Part shown: positions 59,024 through 64,000 of the stretch, one piece after another | Layout of the letters: the number at the start of each line of letters is the position of its first letter | Numbering within the stretch: position 1 is the first letter of the stretch | Source: an uncultured delta proteobacterium | GTDB taxonomy: Bacteria > Myxococcota_A > UBA9160 > SZUA-336 | Length of the DNA stretch: 64,000 nt | Reading direction: 5' to 3' | Assembly (NCBI GenBank): GCA_963704165.1 | Contig: CAVPHD010000002.1 | Span: 32,001-96,000, forward strand | Made by a program: the position numbers and the translations under genes | Notes under the pieces: generated by a model | The model's input: only the letters and a program-made list of their open reading frames with translations | Database searches by the model: none | Told to the model about the DNA's origin: nothing

Positions 59024-59985
59024 GGCGCGAGCGCTCCGAAGCAGCTCGAGCCCGCGCCCGCGGTGCACCCAAAGCAGTGATCCGCGATCGCGATCGGCTC
59101 GCCCTCGAGTTCGTCGAGCGACTCGACCTCGAAGATCGTTCGCCGTTTTCCACCCGCCGGAAGCTCGAGCGCCTGGTTGAAGTCGCAGTCGTAAAGCTCG
59201 CCGCGCCAGTCCACCGACACCGTCGTGCGACACATCAGCCCCGGCACCGCGGCCGGGTTGAAGTGATTCACGAGCAGTGCCTGATAAGCCTGCAGCTCGC
59301 CGCGGCGAGACAGCCACTCGGCGTAGCGGCGAATCGGCATGTTGGTGATCGTCAGCAGTCGGTCGAAGACGATGCCGTGGCGATCCGCGAGCTCGCGCTT
59401 GTAGGTCCGCTCGAGCTCGACCTGCCCGGGCGGTAGGGACGCGTCGGTGGGGTTGTAGACCAGATCGAGTGTGAGTCCGCTGTCGGGCGTCCCGTAGCCG
59501 AGCGCGTTCAGCACCCGAAGCGCGTCGATGCTGCGCTCGAAGACAAAGCGGCCGCGCTGCTGATCGACGTTGGCGGACTCGTAGCACGGAAGCGAAGCGA
59601 CCACGGCGACGTGGTGGGAGGCCAGAAACCCCGCCGTGTCCTCCTGCCCGGGCTCGTCGAGGATCACGAGGTTGCAGCGATCGATGACGCGACGGCCGAG
59701 CTTCCTCGCTGCTCGGACCAAGGAGCGGAAGCTCGGGTGGAGCTCCGGCGCACCTCCCGTGACGTCGACGGTGTCGATGTTCGGGCTGCGCTCGAGCAGC
59801 GTGAGCGCGCGGTCGAGAGTGCGCTCGGCCATCGTCTCTTTGCGCCGCGGCGACGATTCGACGTGGCAGTGATGACAGGCGAGATTGCAGCGCCGCGTCA
59901 GGCTCAGCTGCAGCGTACGCGCCTCACCGCGGGCCAACGGCGGAAGACCTCGCTCTGCAAGCGCCGCCTCGAACCTCATCGCCAC
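59020..59985 (-). CDS. arsS: ArsS-family radical SAM protein
   Basis: CNLACHHCHV, TGGAPE, ASLPCY, LVYNP, TNMPI, GLMCR, YDCDFNQ, HCFGCTAGAGSSC. Confidence 0.88.
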   Translation of the reverse strand: MAMRFEAALAERGLPPLARGEARTLQLSLTRRCNLACHHCHVESSPRRKETMAERTLDRALTLLERSPNIDTVDVTGGAPELHPSFRSLVRAARKLGRRVIDRCNLVILDEPGQEDTAGFLASHHVAVVASLPCYESANVDQQRGRFVFERSIDALRVLNALGYGTPDSGLTLDLVYNPTDASLPPGQVELERTYKRELADRHGIVFDRLLTITNMPIRRYAEWLSRRGELQAYQALLVNHFNPAAVPGLMCRTTVSVDWRGELYDCDFNQALELPAGGKRRTIFEVESLDELEGEPIAIADHCFGCTAGAGSSCFGALAP

Positions 59986-59995
59986 CCCCGGCTTC

Positions 59996-60670
59996 TCATT
60001 CCGAAGCGAAGCTCAGCTCCGCGAACCACGCCACGGCTTCTCCACAGGTATCGTCCGCATCCGACATCACGGCGACGAACTCGACCGGCGGTGGCTCGGC
60101 GCCGAAGACGCGACGGTAGTCGTGCCGCACGTCGACCCGTGCTCCGTGCCACTCGCCGGTCGATTTCGCACCGAGCGAAATCATGCGCGACGAGGGGGCG
60201 TACGGGCTCGGCCACGTGCGGCCCGGCGACTCCGTCCCGGTCCAGACGTAGTTCAGCGCGCTGCCCGGCAACTCACCGCCGTAGATGAGTCCGGCGGCGC
60301 CGCGTTTCAATCGCTCCCAACGCGTCGCGCGCTCGGGGTCGAAGTGGAACGCGACATACACCCGCGCGGCGAAGTCGTCGCCGGACTTCTCGCGCGAATC
60401 CCGCTCGGCCAGGTCGCGATCGACGCGCCAGCGCCACGAGAGCCACGGTGTTCGCGCGAGGTCGAGCCCGGGTGCGGCGTGCAGAAGTGCGGAGGCGGAG
60501 CAATGCGCCTCTGCGCGCAGTACCGGATGGCCCTCGAATTCGGCAGGGTCGTAGCGGGTCTTCCTCTCGACGCGCGGGAACGAGAGCGGTTGCCAACCCT
60601 CGCCTCCCGGCGGCGGAAGGACGTAGGTCTGCGCGGTGAGGCCGGTCGCGAGAAGCCAGGTCGCAAGCAT
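59996..60670 (-). CDS. DUF3047 domain protein
   Basis: ASAL, TPWLSWRWRV, KSGDDFAARVYV.F, ALNYVW, SPY, DYRRVFG, VMSDADD. Confidence 0.85.
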   Translation of the reverse strand: MLATWLLATGLTAQTYVLPPPGGEGWQPLSFPRVERKTRYDPAEFEGHPVLRAEAHCSASALLHAAPGLDLARTPWLSWRWRVDRDLAERDSREKSGDDFAARVYVAFHFDPERATRWERLKRGAAGLIYGGELPGSALNYVWTGTESPGRTWPSPYAPSSRMISLGAKSTGEWHGARVDVRHDYRRVFGAEPPPVEFVAVMSDADDTCGEAVAWFAELSFASE

Positions 60671-60740
60671 CCGAGAGGACGTACGCAGGACCTCCGCGCT
60701 CGGTTGCAGCCACACGCCAGGGAGGCTAGCACTGCCTTCG

Positions 60741-61424
60741 ATGCGGATCGCAGCGCTCTTCGCCCTCGCCCTCGCGGCCTTGCCCGCGAACTCCAACGCG
60801 CAGAGCGAGTATCAACGTCCGGCGCACATGAAAGCGGACGAGATCGCGATCGCGTTCGTCGCGAGTCGCTACATCTCGCCCGTCACCTGCAAGCTGAAGG
60901 ACGGCAGCCAGGTCGATCTCTTCGACTCGATCGAACTGAAGGCCGCGCCCGAAGCCGGCGGTGGACGAGCGATCAAGGCGACGTTCTACGGGATCCAGGT
61001 CGCGGATGCGGAGTACTGCTACTCGACGATCGCGCGACGAGTCGTCGATCGGCGCGGCGTCCTGTACCTGCACTTCCGCACGCGCAACCGCCCCGAGTTC
61101 GGGATGTCCGACTTCCGCCGCATGGCGAAGGCGGGCCCGCTCACGTACAACGCGCACCGGGGCGAGCTACAGGTGCGGGCGATCGGCGACGAAGGCGCCG
61201 CGCAGGAGGAACCGCGCGTCATCGCGTTCGACGGCGGCGACAGCCGCCTCGTCGTCGAGGGCGTCACCGACGGCAGCGATGGTGCGAAGCTGATCACGCA
61301 CTACCTCGAGAAGAACGAGCTGACGGAGCTTCCGCGCGGCCGCTTCTTCAGCTTCCGCTTCGTCGCGAAGGACGGCAGCGAGTTCACGTACTGGGCGATC
61401 GAGGACGACCGCCGGTGGAAGTAG
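60741..61424 (+). CDS. Hypothetical secreted protein
   Basis: Signal peptide MRIAALFALALAALPANSNA; host-like codon use. Confidence 0.7.
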   Translation: MRIAALFALALAALPANSNAQSEYQRPAHMKADEIAIAFVASRYISPVTCKLKDGSQVDLFDSIELKAAPEAGGGRAIKATFYGIQVADAEYCYSTIARRVVDRRGVLYLHFRTRNRPEFGMSDFRRMAKAGPLTYNAHRGELQVRAIGDEGAAQEEPRVIAFDGGDSRLVVEGVTDGSDGAKLITHYLEKNELTELPRGRFFSFRFVAKDGSEFTYWAIEDDRRWK

Positions 61425-62827
61425 TCCGCCCGCCCTTCGGACGGCTGCCCGACACCGAAACGCGTGACCTGCCGCCACCCGTGCCGTTCCGGCGGATGCT
61501 CGGGCCGGGCGTGATCCTGGCCGGGCTCTCGATCGGGAGCGGCGAGCTCGTGCTCTGGCCGCGACTCACCGCGGAGTACGGCTTCACGTTGTTCTGGGGC
61601 GCATGGATCGGCGTGACGCTCCAGTACTTCATGAACATGGAGATCGAACGCTACACGCTCGCGACGGGCGAGAGCGCGGTCACCGGCTTCGTCCGGCTGG
61701 CGCGCCCGCTCGGGCCGATCTTCCTGGTCTGCGGAACCGTGCCGTGGATCTGGCCTGGCTGGGCGACCGGCGCGGGGGAGCTTCTCGCGTGGCAGATCGG
61801 CGGCAGCCCGACGGTGTATGCGATCGCGGGCCTGGTCGGCTGCGGCCTGCTCCTGACGCTCGGGCCCGTGGTGTACCGAACGGTCGAGACCGTCCAGACC
61901 ACCCTCGTGCTGGTGATCTTCGCGCTCCTGCTCGTGCTCGGGGTGCTCCTGATCCGGCCCGGCGACGCGGTCGCGTTGCTCGACGGCGCCGTGCAGATCG
62001 GCCGGATCCCGGAGGGAATCGATCTGCCGCTCTTCCTCGGCGCGCTCGCGTTCGCGGGGGCCGGCGGTTCGGTGAATCTCGCGCAGTCGAACTACATCCG
62101 GGACAAGGGCTACGGAATGGGCGCCTACCTGGGCCGGATCACGAGCCCGTTCTCGGGCCGGCCCGAGGTGCAGAACGAGATCGGCCTGCGCTTCGACGAC
62201 AGCGACGAGAACCTCGCGCGTTGGCGGGTCTGGTGGCGCCGAGCGAATCTCGAGCACCTCGTCACGTTCCAGCTGCTCTGCGTCGGCTCGCTCGCGCTGT
62301 TCTGCCTGCTGACGCACGCGCTGCTCGAGCCGGGGCAGCCGCTCTCGCCGGATTTCGGCTTTCTTCGCGATCAGGGCGACGCACTGCAACTGCGCTTCGG
62401 GTCCGCCGCTCGACTCGCATTTCTCTGGGCCTCGATCTTCGTGTTGCTCTCGACCGAGTTCGCGTTGCTCGACGCCGTCTCGCGCGTGGTGGCCGATCTG
62501 ACGCGCGTGTCGTTCCTGCGCGAAAGCGCACGCTTCACGATCGGCCGGCTCTATTTCCTCTTCCTCTGGGCCTTCATCACCTTCGGCATCGGCGTGCTGG
62601 CGCTCGGCCTCTCGAGTCCGCTCACGCTGCTGGTGATTTCGGCCTCACTCAACGCCGGCGTGATGTTCCTGTACTCCGGCCTCTTGATCTGGTTGAACCT
62701 GCGCACCTTCCGCGGACCCTTGCGCCCGTCGCTGGCGCGAATCGCCATGCTGGCCGCCGCATTCGTCTTCTACGGCTATTTCAGCGCGCTGACGATCTCG
62801 GCGCAGCTCTCGCGGCTCTTCAGCTGA
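61415..62827 (+). CDS. Nramp-like/APC-fold membrane transporter; start uncertain
   Basis: LGPGVILAGLSIGSGELVLWP, EIERYTLATGE, FAGAGG..NL..S.YIRDKGYGMG; many TM segments. Confidence 0.78.
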   Translation: MEVVRPPFGRLPDTETRDLPPPVPFRRMLGPGVILAGLSIGSGELVLWPRLTAEYGFTLFWGAWIGVTLQYFMNMEIERYTLATGESAVTGFVRLARPLGPIFLVCGTVPWIWPGWATGAGELLAWQIGGSPTVYAIAGLVGCGLLLTLGPVVYRTVETVQTTLVLVIFALLLVLGVLLIRPGDAVALLDGAVQIGRIPEGIDLPLFLGALAFAGAGGSVNLAQSNYIRDKGYGMGAYLGRITSPFSGRPEVQNEIGLRFDDSDENLARWRVWWRRANLEHLVTFQLLCVGSLALFCLLTHALLEPGQPLSPDFGFLRDQGDALQLRFGSAARLAFLWASIFVLLSTEFALLDAVSRVVADLTRVSFLRESARFTIGRLYFLFLWAFITFGIGVLALGLSSPLTLLVISASLNAGVMFLYSGLLIWLNLRTFRGPLRPSLARIAMLAAAFVFYGYFSALTISAQLSRLFS

Positions 62828-62904
62828 CACCGCTCCTTCGTCGGAACCCCAGCGTAAAGCGAGCTCGCAACCAAGCCGATATCGAGATCAGGAGCGACGA
62901 CCCC

Positions 62905-63243
62905 ATGGCGACCCCGTCCGGCATCGAGCGACGCCGCCTCCGGCGCGTCATGAAGCGAATCCCCGCCGCCTTCGAAGCGGGCAAGCTGCGGGGCAAGGGG
63001 CACATCAAGAACATCTCGAAGGAAGGGCTGTTCGTGCGCACGAGCGTGCTGCCCAGCGCGGGCACCCCCGTGCGAATCGTCTTCCACGACCGCCACGGCA
63101 GCAAGGTCGAAGTCCACGGCACCGTCCGTTGGAGCACCGCGCAGCTTCCCCCCGCGGAGAAGGCCAAGCCGGGCTTCGGCGTCTACATCGAGCCGGGCAA
63201 CGAAGAGTTCAGCGAGTTCTTCGAGCACATCCTGACCGGCTGA
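62905..63243 (+). CDS. PilZ domain protein
   Basis: AGGAG RBS; RRLRR (RxxxR) and NISKEG (D/NxSxxG); G.VRW, GFGV. Confidence 0.85.
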   Translation: MATPSGIERRRLRRVMKRIPAAFEAGKLRGKGHIKNISKEGLFVRTSVLPSAGTPVRIVFHDRHGSKVEVHGTVRWSTAQLPPAEKAKPGFGVYIEPGNEEFSEFFEHILTG

Positions 63244-63394
63244 GCCGCCGTTCGCCGCCGATCGGCACGACCACGGACCGCGCACGGGACCGCGTCTCGG
63301 CTCGCCTCCGCGTCCCTCTACCTCGGGTGGATGGAGCGGCTGCGTTCTGGTCCGTCGGATCCGTTTCGCTCCAGATCTCTGGCGCTTCGCCCGC

Positions 63395-63495
63395 GCGTCG
63401 CTGGGCCAGAAGTCGCCGAACGACTTCGAAAGCAGCGGTACGGAGCGGACAGTTCCCGCTAGCGCGGAAGTGTCCACGTAGGCGCGGCCACTGCA
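63395..63495 (+). mobile_element. Decayed IS3-family right end, second copy
   Basis: Reads ASLGQKSPNDFE...VST* and ends GTGTCCACGTAGGCGCGGCCACTGCA; ungapped match to 27279-27360. Confidence 0.6.
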
Positions 63496-63511
63496 GACGA
63501 TCTCTGCGCGA

Positions 63512-64000
63512 TCAGGACTGCAGTCGAGACGCGAAGCGATGGAGCGCGCGAGCGAGTGTCGACCTGAGCCCCTTCCGGATTCGTTGGCGCGTGGGTGAAG
63601 TGACCTCGCTGACGGGCCAACCGTGACTGGGATCGCCAATGGGTAGCATTCCAGGCGTGGCGAGTTCACGCATGAACGAATCGTGGCGCGCCTGTAGTTC
63701 CGCCAGGAAGAAGGCGCGCTTGGCCACATTCACGTGGAGACGATAGCTGTCGCGCATCGCGCTGCCGTTCCTCGAGAATTCCGCGCGGTCCGTGACGAAG
63801 TGCGGAGTGCGTGAGCCTGCCCCCAGATGAAAGACCAAGTCAGCGTAGATGCCGCACATGACCGGGTGCGGGTCCCATGTGTTCGTGCGATACAGCGGTG
63901 CAAAGCTTCGCCCTTCTTGCCGAAGCTGCGCCTGAATGCCACTTCCCGTTTCCTGCGGGCGATTGACATCCCCGCTGTGTTCGTCCGCGAAGCGGGCACG
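63512..64000 (-). CDS. Hypothetical protein, 5'-truncated by the window edge; possibly glycosyltransferase-like
   Basis: The frame is open to the window edge: ...QETGSG...PLYRTNTWDPHPVMCGIYADLVFHLGAGSR...; less GC-biased codon use. Confidence 0.55.
   Translation of the reverse strand, partial: RARFADEHSGDVNRPQETGSGIQAQLRQEGRSFAPLYRTNTWDPHPVMCGIYADLVFHLGAGSRTPHFVTDRAEFSRNGSAMRDSYRLHVNVAKRAFFLAELQARHDSFMRELATPGMLPIGDPSHGWPVSEVTSPTRQRIRKGLRSTLARALHRFASRLQS

Noticed and set aside
59020..59060. Selenocysteine in the ArsS C-terminal motif
   Set aside because: The position is TGC (Cys). The only TGA is the real stop, which overlaps the next start

Overview
Very GC-rich, gene-dense bacterial chromosomal window. 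The gene content (DUF1329, FYDLN-type protein, PilZ, many lipoproteins) fits a Myxococcota/deltaproteobacterial-type organism; this is an inference. The left part (1-22 kb) holds apt, a REC-GGDEF-EAL protein, a TetR-RND-MFS efflux operon, a DUF1329 protein, a TMTC-like glycosyltransferase and several oxidoreductases. The middle (22-38 kb) is accessory DNA ending at the 3' end of an initiator tRNA-Met. It contains a TetR/SCP2-like/ferritin-like gene cluster, decayed IS3 and IS91-like pieces, and a MarR-linked catabolic cluster. The right part is mostly core genes (tgt, queA, der, miaA, mutL), a degenerate sigma54-activator-like protein, an ECF sigma/anti-sigma pair and a DUF3047-arsS-disulfide reductase unit. 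The best candidate for an undescribed system is the 23.6-27.1 kb cluster. It encodes two full-length paralogous ferritin-like proteins, one with a complete diiron ligand set and one that has lost every ligand, together with an SCP2-like carrier. Ten frameshifts in five genes can each be repaired by removing one base, which points to sequencing error. No CRISPR array, rRNA or integrase was seen. All family assignments come from recognising motifs by eye, not from database searches.
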